Virus record (IMG/VR): IMGVR_UViG_3300035698_017588
Coordinates: 1 to 64,000 of that record
DNA length: 64,000 nt
Strand: one strand, 5' to 3'
Source of the DNA: a virus
Of the stretch, positions 55,601 through 64,000 are shown in pieces. Every line of letters starts with the position of its first letter. Position 1 is the first letter of the stretch. The position numbers were made by a program, and so were the translations under genes. The notes under the pieces were generated by a model. It did no database searches and was not told where the DNA came from. It saw nothing but the letters and a program-made list of their open reading frames with translations.

Positions 55601-58600
55601 AAGCCGAGCTATTGATTCTGGCGGGAAAGCCCGACAACCTAGAAGCACAAACACCAATCGAACTGTCATACTTCCCAGACGAGAGAAAAGTTTACAGCTC
55701 TGTGGGCACCACCCCGACCCACAATCAATTCAACGTAGTTCTGATGGTCTCAAGAAATTCGGGGGCCATTCACGGACAATTGACTACTCCGAACATCACA
55801 CAGTTTGTCGATGATTTGGAACTAGCACTAGGTTCAACATCTTCTGTTGCAGTCGTCGAATTTGGTAAAGTGCCCTCCTTATTCTCCGGAAATAGCAATA
55901 CAGTTCTTGGTTTCACACCATTAACGAACAAACCAGCGATAATCGCAGCAATTGACGGCATCGTTTACAATGCAAGCGAATCAAAGTGGGGACAAGTCCA
56001 AGGCTTAGACGCAGCCGTCACTCTGTTCAATAGCCTTGGAACATCGCCATCACGAAAATTGTTGATCTCACTCAGCAATGGTATTGAGACACGACAAGCA
56101 AGAATCGAAAGAGGCACTAGTCCGACTAGTTGGCTTGTGAGAGCTTCACAGTTTTCATCTAATGGAACAGATGTAGTCTTATCAAATCAAAGCAATGACT
56201 TCCCTGGTATGACATTGCCACTTGGAGTCAGCTACGGTGAACCAGACGACTATACCGATTTTCTAGACAGACTCGCAGGAGCGATCTACGCCTACAACAA
56301 TGTTCCGTACGCCGATCCAAAAAATCTGCTTATTGAACTACCAGTATCATGCACTGAGGGTATTTCAGAGCCGAACGATTTGGTGATTTCGACACAAATC
56401 GGTGCCTCGACTTGGCGAACCATTCTACCTTCTAACAGGATCATAGCTTCAACGGGCAATCCGTTCTTTTGGGGCTATGATTTTGATGAAGGCAGTGGAT
56501 TCTTACGCAATATCAGAATCGACGCACAGACCGTCTTTAACGACGCCGTCGTTGGGAACTGGAATAATCTTCCAGCTATCGACTTCAAAAGAGTAGGCAT
56601 TGAATTGGAAGAAGCTGGCTGGAACACACTATGCTTGCCTCTTGGAGAGAATTTGCAAGGTGGTGGAGATGGAGGGGGATCGGACGGCGGTATTGTCACA
56701 GATGGATGTGATCTGAGCAACATTCAAGTCAGCTTGACTTACGATCTGTTCACAAGGAATCCAATCAACATCTATGCCTCGGCTATGAAGTACGTCGTTC
56801 GAGACTTCATCAATCCTTCTATTAGAGCCACAATCATTGTGCCAATTGAAGGATGGAACAATCTGAACCTCTCCTATGGACAAACACCATGTTCATATTG
56901 GGTGAGCAATACGATCCCTACTCAATATAGCCGATATCCCGCCCCGACATCTGGTAGCGTGGTAAATGTATCAGGAGTAGCGAACTTCATTTCGCCATTG
57001 TTCGGACTTGGGGGTAATCCTCAAACGACGATATCCACGGTGCCGACACACGATCAAGATAACGTAATGGGGCGGATCGTTTCTGGTGATCCAAGATGCA
57101 CACTGACAAGAAGCCAAGTTGGATATCGATCGTGTGTGGTCGAGTCGATGGAACTTCTGCTATTATCGTCACTTGCTAACAATCTACTGGCTGATCCACC
57201 ATTCATTGAAAGAATCTTCGATGAAGAAATTATTTTCTTCGATCCCGGCAACTGTGATGTGTTAGACGTCGTTTTCGCAGTTGACAATTCTGGAAGCATG
57301 AACGGACCGATCAATAATGTTAAATCCGGTATCGATCAATTGATCGATTTCATCTTTAGTATCAGTCCCTTAGGACGCATTGGTTTGGTGAGTTATGGTC
57401 AATCATCTAACAATGGTTTACCAATTGTTTATCTCTCGCCCACGTCCGTAGCTACCGCGATAGAAAGAGACACCATTCGACAAGCAGTCCAATTATACCA
57501 AGCAAGTGGTAGTAGAGAACCACACGGTTCAGCAGTAAAAACAGCCGTTGACGAACTATTGGCAGTACCATTTTCTGGTTTAACGTTCTCCGGAGCACCA
57601 GAAAATATCGAGCCACAAAACAACTCGGAAATCAGACCGAGCATTATTAACGGCCAGCCTACTAGCAATTATGAAGCCGTTGGTGTCGTCAATGGAAACT
57701 GCACAGGAACACTAATTGCACCAGAATATGTGTTAACAGCGGCCCACTGCATGTTCGACCAGAACAATGTTAAGATACCGCTCAGCAGTATGAGCTTTGA
57801 GGTTGGCGGAACCGTTTATAATGTAGTCGAAGAGACAACTCATCCAAATTACGATGATGCATTCTTCGAAGTGGGATTTGACGCCTCTATATTAAAACTA
57901 TCGACACCAGTGACTGGAGTAACCCCGTATGGTCTACTAACAGTACCACCAACCGTTGGCGATACATTGACCATAGTGGGCTTCGGAGAGGGTGGCAACA
58001 GTGCATCACCTCAGCCCAACTTTGGCACAAAAAGAGTAGGACAAACGCCACTAGAAAACCTGACTTTCGTCCATTTAAACTGGAGTTATGATCCGGGCGA
58101 AGCGAACACAAGTTTCGGCGATTCGGGAGGACCATCATTTGTCGATGTCAACGGCACAGATTTAATCGCTGGAATCGTTAGCGGCGGTGCCGGTATTCCT
58201 AGGGATACACCGGGTGTGTCATCATTCAACACCAGGATAGACACGATACTACCATGGATCAATTCCGTGTTAAGCGGAGGTGGTGGTGGAGGTAGCGGAC
58301 CCGTCGATCGTTCGCAAGTAGTCATATTAATCACTGATGAAGGATCGGCAGATGACGGATATGGTAGTTCCAATGAGTCGGATGCTTTCATTCGGACACA
58401 AGCACAATACGCTGGTGCTAATGATATCCCGATTTTTAGCGTTCAAGTGGCGAACAATTCTGGAGATGGAGTAATCTTCGATTTCCATAAAATCAACGCT
58501 CAGGAAAGCTCAGGTGCGGCAGTCAAGCAGATCGATGGTTTGATTGTTGAACCGTTAATCAAATTGTTCACCAGATTCTGTCTTACAGCAGTAGGCACTT

Positions 58601-59694
58601 CAAACACAGAAGTAGTAACACCGAACCAGTGTACGGGTCTTAACAATGGCAATATGCTGATCGATCTGGAATTCGACAGCGAAGCCTATCCGAATAGACA
58701 ATCTTTTCAATACAATCTTCAAGCGATTGAGATATTGCAAACCACTGGCAATGAAGTATTCTGGCCTTATAACCCACCAGCATCTCTTCAATATGACACC
58801 AGACCAGACGGCAATTGGTTGAACTATCCAAATATCGACCGACAGGGTGTTGAGATGGGTCTGGCACGATGGGAAGGTTTCAGAATCTTCACTGACCTAC
58901 CGGATGGAACTGGAGTTGTACAGTGTACTGGTATCAATGTCCGACTAATCGAAGGTCGAGGCAATATCAACATCCCACCAATTGAAATCGCTGGTGTCGG
59001 TCAAGTTGCAAGATGTTTCACAAATGTGACTGTTGCGACAATCAATGAAGGTGGCAACGGAAACCCAACAGTTCAGGTTATCACTCTAGATAACGCTACT
59101 GGTGGAGATTGGCAGATAGAAATACCAGACACCACAGCTGGAACAGTAACATCTGTTTTGGGTTGGGATGCTACGGCCACAGATGTAGAAAACGCATTAA
59201 ACGCTCTCCCGCCACTCACTGGCAGAGTCGCAGTAACAGGAAATAATCCAATATTCACAATTACTTTCAATGCTGGGATTAGCCCAATTAGTGAATTGAT
59301 TCTGATAAACAATCTTACCTGTACTGATCAAGCGATCACGATTGTACCAGATGGGCCATATTGTTATGAAGTGCCTAAGCCAGGACCGAATGACAATGTT
59401 GATCCGCCAGATGAATCATGTAATTTCTGCATCCCAACGGTGACACAAACCGTAAACCTTCATTATGAAGGCATTAGTGCTGGATGTGATACATCGACAC
59501 GTAAAATAGCTTGCAGATTCACCAAGATTCCTGGTGATTACAACTATTTCAAATTGGTCAATGGCGTTTTGCAAACGGTACCTGCAGATTATGAAGCAGT
59601 TCCCGGCGACAAGATCGTTTTGTTAAACAAATCGGTCGAACAGACCAGCGTTATTCTCAGTAAAGTCAGTCGGTCATTTACTGAGAAGATATGA
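52588..59694 (+). CDS. giant multidomain protein: dockerin-like + GSN collagen-like repeat + two vWA + trypsin-like protease (putative virion fibre/adhesin)
   Basis: DVNNSGDVTALDALLVINAL and DVNGSRTVSALDALQVINYI; (GSN)15; VFAVDNSGSM...ILITDE; IING, CTGTLI..VLTAAHC, GDSGGP. Confidence 0.85.
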   Translation: MKCFPCEGIAKNNKIDVVIVDPGKPLIRGNSNQARSEFPWTNPRNRYDVNNSGDVTALDALLVINALNRGIEFDPFVEPEFFYDVNGSRTVSALDALQVINYINGQDTNNNGVVNSGDLDTQRLIAKKIEGVKRQATRLRAQESNEPIRLQSSGNGAALRFELLFPFRTMGGAFRFTLQSVEWGESVWSPEIRIPNSVYHNALSDQPAAGANYSSDMADVRQQMLDAVLAVYNNTPTFDNITAANVTIQQYVNQGFCWYDIVVDCVPPAGFCGAGQEYDFTIFRTTSTNRALAAQSAGFYAEKVFSFSGPGGSSALGSTWSTDRRLTDGTLTFQFRRPISIQRGNINSFVSMTVPWDMNFSDFAALVDQTIGPLYGGAGQGNTSVENYTGSFLFNSKIGENTLGIRVKQFPFLAVDPATLSDLLFEIDGNNTKMLVPYNNVTPGITQLFFRECGGTGPTNVSGGGCGPCNPGGGSNGSNGSNGSNGSNGSNGSNGSNGSNGSNGSNGSNGSNGSNGSNGTNGQDGGPDNTCVYDFLEVPVCNTLLDPNLTPRQRGYGVYGASHEWDLTNIGYASFTINFTFGGGQTASTQPIIVNDTTISASPFVDYNTEDVIKSGDQPPSFFALNSLILEAIFNLYNSNNAFPYISRSEIQVYNFHVPTGIAPSTYIVKWGFRIKKAPFDGFESISVTTSTKTNKIFFNDTVSGSTFPGVSIERWLRFVGGSTGTFNIVATIDRQFDDVDDVLLYQNIPANITLADLKTLLNTQSFSNVGTGGQFNAGQFEVTPYTNGTMSDPVNNGSLFRIAYLFTSPLQPVINQRRFIQIEAEGLNDNIIHNYFNKTINLDNCGEINGVVNGKTPATFTPFQIRFEPGPNPNVPINIYSVYVKYSLRSTVNTANRTIVYMPISEYDGTSAPNCVDWGINGVSGELNTDLNLAELQTTSLDVSGNERFIYTRFNQGSGESFATQLGFEFESPWTNSPNRVIDGDTGLAMLPGMTGYKPSRIEKAELLILAGKPDNLEAQTPIELSYFPDERKVYSSVGTTPTHNQFNVVLMVSRNSGAIHGQLTTPNITQFVDDLELALGSTSSVAVVEFGKVPSLFSGNSNTVLGFTPLTNKPAIIAAIDGIVYNASESKWGQVQGLDAAVTLFNSLGTSPSRKLLISLSNGIETRQARIERGTSPTSWLVRASQFSSNGTDVVLSNQSNDFPGMTLPLGVSYGEPDDYTDFLDRLAGAIYAYNNVPYADPKNLLIELPVSCTEGISEPNDLVISTQIGASTWRTILPSNRIIASTGNPFFWGYDFDEGSGFLRNIRIDAQTVFNDAVVGNWNNLPAIDFKRVGIELEEAGWNTLCLPLGENLQGGGDGGGSDGGIVTDGCDLSNIQVSLTYDLFTRNPINIYASAMKYVVRDFINPSIRATIIVPIEGWNNLNLSYGQTPCSYWVSNTIPTQYSRYPAPTSGSVVNVSGVANFISPLFGLGGNPQTTISTVPTHDQDNVMGRIVSGDPRCTLTRSQVGYRSCVVESMELLLLSSLANNLLADPPFIERIFDEEIIFFDPGNCDVLDVVFAVDNSGSMNGPINNVKSGIDQLIDFIFSISPLGRIGLVSYGQSSNNGLPIVYLSPTSVATAIERDTIRQAVQLYQASGSREPHGSAVKTAVDELLAVPFSGLTFSGAPENIEPQNNSEIRPSIINGQPTSNYEAVGVVNGNCTGTLIAPEYVLTAAHCMFDQNNVKIPLSSMSFEVGGTVYNVVEETTHPNYDDAFFEVGFDASILKLSTPVTGVTPYGLLTVPPTVGDTLTIVGFGEGGNSASPQPNFGTKRVGQTPLENLTFVHLNWSYDPGEANTSFGDSGGPSFVDVNGTDLIAGIVSGGAGIPRDTPGVSSFNTRIDTILPWINSVLSGGGGGGSGPVDRSQVVILITDEGSADDGYGSSNESDAFIRTQAQYAGANDIPIFSVQVANNSGDGVIFDFHKINAQESSGAAVKQIDGLIVEPLIKLFTRFCLTAVGTSNTEVVTPNQCTGLNNGNMLIDLEFDSEAYPNRQSFQYNLQAIEILQTTGNEVFWPYNPPASLQYDTRPDGNWLNYPNIDRQGVEMGLARWEGFRIFTDLPDGTGVVQCTGINVRLIEGRGNINIPPIEIAGVGQVARCFTNVTVATINEGGNGNPTVQVITLDNATGGDWQIEIPDTTAGTVTSVLGWDATATDVENALNALPPLTGRVAVTGNNPIFTITFNAGISPISELILINNLTCTDQAITIVPDGPYCYEVPKPGPNDNVDPPDESCNFCIPTVTQTVNLHYEGISAGCDTSTRKIACRFTKIPGDYNYFKLVNGVLQTVPADYEAVPGDKIVLLNKSVEQTSVILSKVSRSFTEKI
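54007..54159 (+). repeat. 9-bp in-frame tandem repeat encoding (GSN)15-GTN-GQD
   Basis: (GGCTCCAAC)x6 followed by synonymous variants. Confidence 0.95.
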
Positions 59695-59728
59695 TATCAC
59701 CCCGTCCGACAAAATCGAGCTTGTTTCA

Positions 59729-60241
59729 ATGTTGGGAAAAATAGTCCTGCCAGTCGAATTTTGTAATCGCAATATCTTAAAAAGCGAAAGACTGGCAAGA
59801 ATCACCACCAATATGGCTCAGCACGGGTATACTGAGATTGTCGAAAAGCTCCGTGGGCACAGAAACCCATTGTATGGTCTTTTGCGACAGTGTCAACTTG
59901 TCGGTGGGACCTATCAAAAGATATTCTCATCGAACGAAGTGGTCTTCCACCCCGTTCATCCGTTTCTTTATTCGAAACGAGAACAATTAATAATTTTGAG
60001 ACTTTTCGAAGGGGACATAACAGAATACCTCATTAGCACGATGGTCAATGTTCCAGACCACAAAGCCCAACGACGCAAAACCGTGGGCGACAAGCAATTG
60101 TACTGGGGAGTGGCAAGCAAATTATCAGAACTAGATGAACTCTTGTTTGGTCAAACACCCCAAGAGATATTGTTACCTGGCGATGTTGCTAACGTTTTTG
60201 GGCTTGAAGTGCTCAGTAGCCTCAAGACGCCTTTCCTGTAG
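59729..60241 (+). CDS. hypothetical protein
   Basis: 170-aa ORF. Confidence 0.55.
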   Translation: MLGKIVLPVEFCNRNILKSERLARITTNMAQHGYTEIVEKLRGHRNPLYGLLRQCQLVGGTYQKIFSSNEVVFHPVHPFLYSKREQLIILRLFEGDITEYLISTMVNVPDHKAQRRKTVGDKQLYWGVASKLSELDELLFGQTPQEILLPGDVANVFGLEVLSSLKTPFL

Positions 60242-61619
60242 CTCGCTCGAACATTCGACGAACTATTGCGGCCTCAGGGATTTTTGCTTCTTCATAACGC
60301 TGAAGAACGTAATCAGCCATTGCTACAGGATCTTGACCTGAAGCTTTAGCCGCACGAGCAGCAGACATCATCTTTCGATAGATCATCGCACCAGTCGAGA
60401 CAGGCTTTTCCTTTTCCTGTTCAGGAGCCGGTGGTACCGGTGGTGCTTCAACAGGTTGTTCGAGATTCACCATTGGATTTTCCGGTATCAATGTTGGAGG
60501 TAATTGTGTCACCTGAGGCATAGGTACTTCCCTCTGATCTGATGGGCGACCTGGATTCTGAGATATCTCATCAAATCCATCTTGTACAGGCGGAGCACCG
60601 CTCATAGGTCGTACGGCTCCAGAACCCGGTGGTTTTGGCTCTGTTCTCCACCTTTCTGGTTTAGGTGATTGGGTCTTTTGTGCTGGCGGCTTCTTGGTTG
60701 GCATCTTGAATTTATCAGAACCCAATAATTTCGAAGCTTTGGCCAGGATTTCTGCGTTGCCTGATTCTTCACGACTTTTCCAGGCTTTCATCATGAATTT
60801 GCGATCAATTCCAGCTGTTTGTAGCTTGTCGTAAGCCCTATCGGTTACGATCTGCAATAGATGGAAAATAGCAGCTTTGGCGAGGTTCTGAGATCTTTTC
60901 TTGTCATATTTCTCACCCGCCATGATTTTGGTCAATTGGGGCGAAGCGAAGAAACTGGACATTTTGGAGACTACGTCGGTGAACATATTCTCTAGTAGAA
61001 TTTCTTCGGAGATCATGTCCCGATCGTCTTGCTTCGATTCCTTGGGCCACTCTGAAAGGCCACCGGAAGGCTTTCCCTTTGAGTCTGTTTTCTTGGTTTC
61101 TCCGGAGCCGGGCGGACCTTTTACAGCACCACCGGAGCTACGGGAGAGCCTTTCTTGGGTTTCGAGAGCCTTAGTAAGACGTTCGTTGAGCTTGTTGAAC
61201 CGTGCGGAGATCATCTTCTGCATTTTCAGAAGGTCTTCGGGGGTGGTTTTACCGCTTGATGCACGTTTTCCGAAAGTTCCTAGCATTTTCTGTAGTGCTG
61301 GGTCTTTTTGGGCCAGGGGTGTATTGGTGTACTTCTTGATGGCGTCTAGAGCGTTGGCTCGGGGTTGACTTGCGGCTGCTTGGACGTTAGAATGGACTTT
61401 TTTGATGTCAGCCCATTTTGCTCCCGTTGCCTTTCGTACTTCCCCCCACCATTCCCGGTTGTTTACGAAATCGCTCGGAGCACCTCTGATTATACGAGTT
61501 AGGTCGCTCTTGTAAGAATCTGGTAAGAGAATGGCTGCAATCGGTGCGAATGCAGGCGGCGTCGGAAGTTCCGCAGCACTCGTGACAGCACTGAGGGCTT
61601 TGCTGAAAATGTTTGGCAT
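60222..61619 (-). CDS. hypothetical Lys/Ala/Pro-rich protein (possible internal virion protein)
   Basis: 465-aa ORF with AGAGGT RBS; low-complexity Pro-rich C-terminal half. Confidence 0.65.
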   Translation of the reverse strand: MPNIFSKALSAVTSAAELPTPPAFAPIAAILLPDSYKSDLTRIIRGAPSDFVNNREWWGEVRKATGAKWADIKKVHSNVQAAASQPRANALDAIKKYTNTPLAQKDPALQKMLGTFGKRASSGKTTPEDLLKMQKMISARFNKLNERLTKALETQERLSRSSGGAVKGPPGSGETKKTDSKGKPSGGLSEWPKESKQDDRDMISEEILLENMFTDVVSKMSSFFASPQLTKIMAGEKYDKKRSQNLAKAAIFHLLQIVTDRAYDKLQTAGIDRKFMMKAWKSREESGNAEILAKASKLLGSDKFKMPTKKPPAQKTQSPKPERWRTEPKPPGSGAVRPMSGAPPVQDGFDEISQNPGRPSDQREVPMPQVTQLPPTLIPENPMVNLEQPVEAPPVPPAPEQEKEKPVSTGAMIYRKMMSAARAAKASGQDPVAMADYVLQRYEEAKIPEAAIVRRMFERATGKAS

Positions 61620-61669
61620 TGTTGACCTCTATAATAATTACTAATGTATTTTTCTACTGGAGGTAACTC

Positions 61670-62335
61670 ATGGTTAAGAATCTTGGCGGTCGAATTGAAC
61701 TGGAAGTTGGTAAGAAGGTTCGATTCCTAGATATTCATGGTTGTGTCAGCCCTGATATTTATGAATTCGACACCCCGCACACTGATTACAGAGCAAGGGC
61801 ATCACTAAAGAATGGAGACTGTGTTGTTCAAACGCACTACGATCGCATTCTACCCCTTGAATCGGGAGGAAAAGCAATCGCAGTGTTGGGCGAAAAGGAC
61901 ATAACCATTACTTGTCCGAGTTGCCGCAAAGTCGTGACCGCCGAGTCCGGTCAAACCCATTTCACTTGTTGTTCGACATTAGAGGTATTTTTCATGTCAG
62001 ACGCTGTAAACGAAGTCCAAAAGCAGGAAGAGCAAAAGTTCGACCTTGAATCACTCAAGGCTAACTACGAAGTATGGACCAAGGATGGTCAATTCAGCGA
62101 GAACATCGGCTTGACGACAGTCCAGCTGGTCCTTCTCCAAGGCGAAACTCCGCGAAAGATGAGTTTCAATCTCTACGACGGCAAATTATCCACCAGCGGC
62201 AAACAAGTCGATCTTCGCCTCGAAGAATTCAACAAGGGCGAAGTCAACGAGGGCAAGAAAAAATTCTGGTACGACGTGGATTCCACCAAGTACCAAAAAG
62301 CCCTGACGTCCAAGGGATATGAAAAGCTTGCCTAA
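61670..62335 (+). CDS. hypothetical protein with CxxC...CC motif
   Basis: GGAGG RBS; 221 aa. Confidence 0.65.
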   Translation: MVKNLGGRIELEVGKKVRFLDIHGCVSPDIYEFDTPHTDYRARASLKNGDCVVQTHYDRILPLESGGKAIAVLGEKDITITCPSCRKVVTAESGQTHFTCCSTLEVFFMSDAVNEVQKQEEQKFDLESLKANYEVWTKDGQFSENIGLTTVQLVLLQGETPRKMSFNLYDGKLSTSGKQVDLRLEEFNKGEVNEGKKKFWYDVDSTKYQKALTSKGYEKLA

Positions 62336-62350
62336 GTTACCAAATCGACA

Positions 62351-62358
62351 CAAAGATA
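62351..62358 (+). promoter_or_regulatory. candidate phage promoter motif CAAANATA
   Basis: The same 8-mer lies 34-40 nt upstream of starts at 8264(-), 11637(-), 19936(+) and 62394(+). Confidence 0.4.
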
Positions 62359-62393
62359 GGACGCCCCTTTTACTACTAACGGAGTAACAGTCG

Positions 62394-62582
62394 ATGCTAG
62401 TGCTAAGTCGCAAGAAGAATGAAGAGATCATTATCGGGGAAGGTGAGAACCAAGTCCGACTAATGATCGTGGAGATAAGGGGTGACAAAGTTCGCCTCGG
62501 AATCGACGCAGATCGAAGCGTACCAGTACACCGTAAAGAAGTGTACGACGCCATCGAACGAGAGAAAAACGGCGGAAAATAA
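62394..62582 (+). CDS. csrA: carbon storage regulator CsrA
   Basis: MLVLSRKKNEEIIIG...VEIRGDKVRLGIDA...VPVHRKEVY; GGAG RBS. Confidence 0.95.
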   Translation: MLVLSRKKNEEIIIGEGENQVRLMIVEIRGDKVRLGIDADRSVPVHRKEVYDAIEREKNGGK

Positions 62583-62606
62583 CCGCCGAAACATTCTGTT
62601 AATCAC

Positions 62607-62641
62607 AAGCCACTCGGGTTATGTAACCCGAGTGGCTTTTT
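62607..62641 (+). terminator. intrinsic terminator after csrA
   Basis: AAGCCACTCGGGTTA-TG-TAACCCGAGTGGCTT perfect inverted repeat ending in a T-run. Confidence 0.8.
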
Positions 62642-62664
62642 AATATATTAACAGGAGTAGAAAA

Positions 62665-64000
62665 ATGAAAGTATTAGTCACAGGTGGAACCGGATTCCTA
62701 GGCAGACACCTACAAGCCCGACTAACACTACACGGCAACGCACAATTCTGCTACGCCAATAGCATGGACTGCGACCTACGAAATCAAGCAGCAGTCAACG
62801 CCTTCTTCCTCGAACACAAATTCACCCACGTAATCCACCTAGCAGCAAGTGTTGGGGGAATCGGGGCCAACAAACAAAACCCAGGCAAATACTGTTACGA
62901 AAACCTCATCATGGGCTGCAACGTAATCGAAGCAGCCCGACTCGCAGGCATACGCAAGCTAATCTGTGTTGGAACAGTTTGTTTTCCAAAAGGAACGATG
63001 ATCAACACAAATAGTGGTTGGAAATGTATATCTAATATTAATGAATTTGATGATGTTGTTACTCACACTGGTAAATTAAAACCAGTAACACAAACAATGT
63101 GTCGAGATTATGACGGCCCAATACAACACATTAAAATCAATGGAATACTCGATATTAAATCGACACCAAAGCATCCTTTCTTAACAGAGAGGGGTTGGAT
63201 CGAAGCTGTAGAATTACGCCAAGATGATAGAATTTTGGTGCCGATAACTCATAATTATAAAGACCAAAGACTCCAGGTTTTACAAGGCCGAGACTTGTTA
63301 AGATGGGTATATCACCACGAACCGATAAACAAAGTGGAATTCGCACAAAAAGGTGGGACAAATAATCAATGGCGTGATTGGAAACGACATACACCAAAAT
63401 GTGCTAGAATCACATCACCATTTATCACCACAAACGATATAGCATGGTTATTCGGAACATATGCTGCCGAAGGATTTAGATGCAAAAATGATACTGGTAA
63501 AAGAGGTTCAAAACATTATTTATATTGGGCGACAAACCATGAAGAACGAAGATTTAGATTAGAAATAAATTCAGAATATTACAAATTGTTTGGAAAAACA
63601 ATGTCAGAAGTCGTGAGAGAGACCGCTACTAATCTGGAAGTAGGAGACAAATATACAATCGATTTGTTTGATGATTTTTACTATGATGGTGGAACAACGG
63701 CGGAATTTAAAAAAGTCCCTGATTCAATAGCAGATTCATCAGATTCCACAATAAAGCTTTTTATTAAGGGATATTGGAAAGGAGATGGCCATTGGGCAGA
63801 AAGAGCTAAAAGGCCCGGACAATACATTGCTACTTGTAATTCTACATCCCTTAGAATGATTTTAGATATTCAAAAACTTTTGCTAAAGTTAGGCATATTT
63901 AGTACAGTCCATCCTCGGAAAAAACAAGGGAAAATAATTATTCAAGGTAGAGAAGTGGAAACAAAAGACTCTTGGTCTATTAGAATAACTGGTAAGTGGG
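62665..64000 (+). CDS. fcl: GDP-L-fucose synthase (Fcl/WcaG) containing an intein, truncated at the window edge
   Basis: Read by hand: MKVLVTGGTGFLG...CDL...VIHLAASVGGIGANKQNPG...ENL.MG.NVIEAA...KLICVGTV|C; AGGAG RBS; frame open to the end. Confidence 0.88.
   Translation, partial: MKVLVTGGTGFLGRHLQARLTLHGNAQFCYANSMDCDLRNQAAVNAFFLEHKFTHVIHLAASVGGIGANKQNPGKYCYENLIMGCNVIEAARLAGIRKLICVGTVCFPKGTMINTNSGWKCISNINEFDDVVTHTGKLKPVTQTMCRDYDGPIQHIKINGILDIKSTPKHPFLTERGWIEAVELRQDDRILVPITHNYKDQRLQVLQGRDLLRWVYHHEPINKVEFAQKGGTNNQWRDWKRHTPKCARITSPFITTNDIAWLFGTYAAEGFRCKNDTGKRGSKHYLYWATNHEERRFRLEINSEYYKLFGKTMSEVVRETATNLEVGDKYTIDLFDDFYYDGGTTAEFKKVPDSIADSSDSTIKLFIKGYWKGDGHWAERAKRPGQYIATCNSTSLRMILDIQKLLLKLGIFSTVHPRKKQGKIIIQGREVETKDSWSIRITGKW
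62980..64000 (+). mobile_element. intein with LAGLIDADG endonuclease (partial)
   Basis: CFPKGTMI block A, STPKHPFL block B, WLFGTYAAEG and FIKGYWKGDG motifs; AT-rich. Confidence 0.88.

Noticed and set aside
61622-61635. Sigma70 promoter TTGACC...TATAAT
   Set aside because: Only 2 nt between the hexamers, not about 17
61714-61732. tRNA T-loop-like GGTTCGATTCC
   Set aside because: Inside a CDS, with no acceptor stem or cloverleaf evident
1-64000. Stop-codon reassignment
   Set aside because: Conserved genes are full length under the standard code, and TAA, TGA and TAG all occur as stops

Overview
The window reads as part of a large (jumbo-type) dsDNA phage genome: densely packed genes, frequent strand switches, standard genetic code, and no rRNA, tRNA or CRISPR array seen. 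It carries a T4-like replication/recombination module (endonuclease VII, 5'-3' exonuclease, gp32-like SSB, UvsY-like, gp41/DnaB helicase, RecA, SbcD/gp47, SbcC/gp46, DinG-like helicase, gp55-like sigma). Its replicative polymerase appears to be a bacterial-type DnaE split over three genes. Six inteins are present: four in cis (RecA, DnaE PHP domain, DinG, GDP-L-fucose synthase) and two naturally split (gp41/DnaB, DnaE), each split pair separated by a free-standing endonuclease gene. Other content: a PurZ-type (not PurA) synthetase beside a nucleoside-deoxyribosyltransferase-like gene, suggesting a 2-aminoadenine (Z) pathway without the usual partners in view; a volactin-like actin; a dispersed glycosylation/sulfation toolkit; GroES; CsrA; and a 2368-aa dockerin/collagen/vWA/trypsin protein whose domains point to a Planctomycetota host. 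All family calls come from motif recognition by eye, not database searches.
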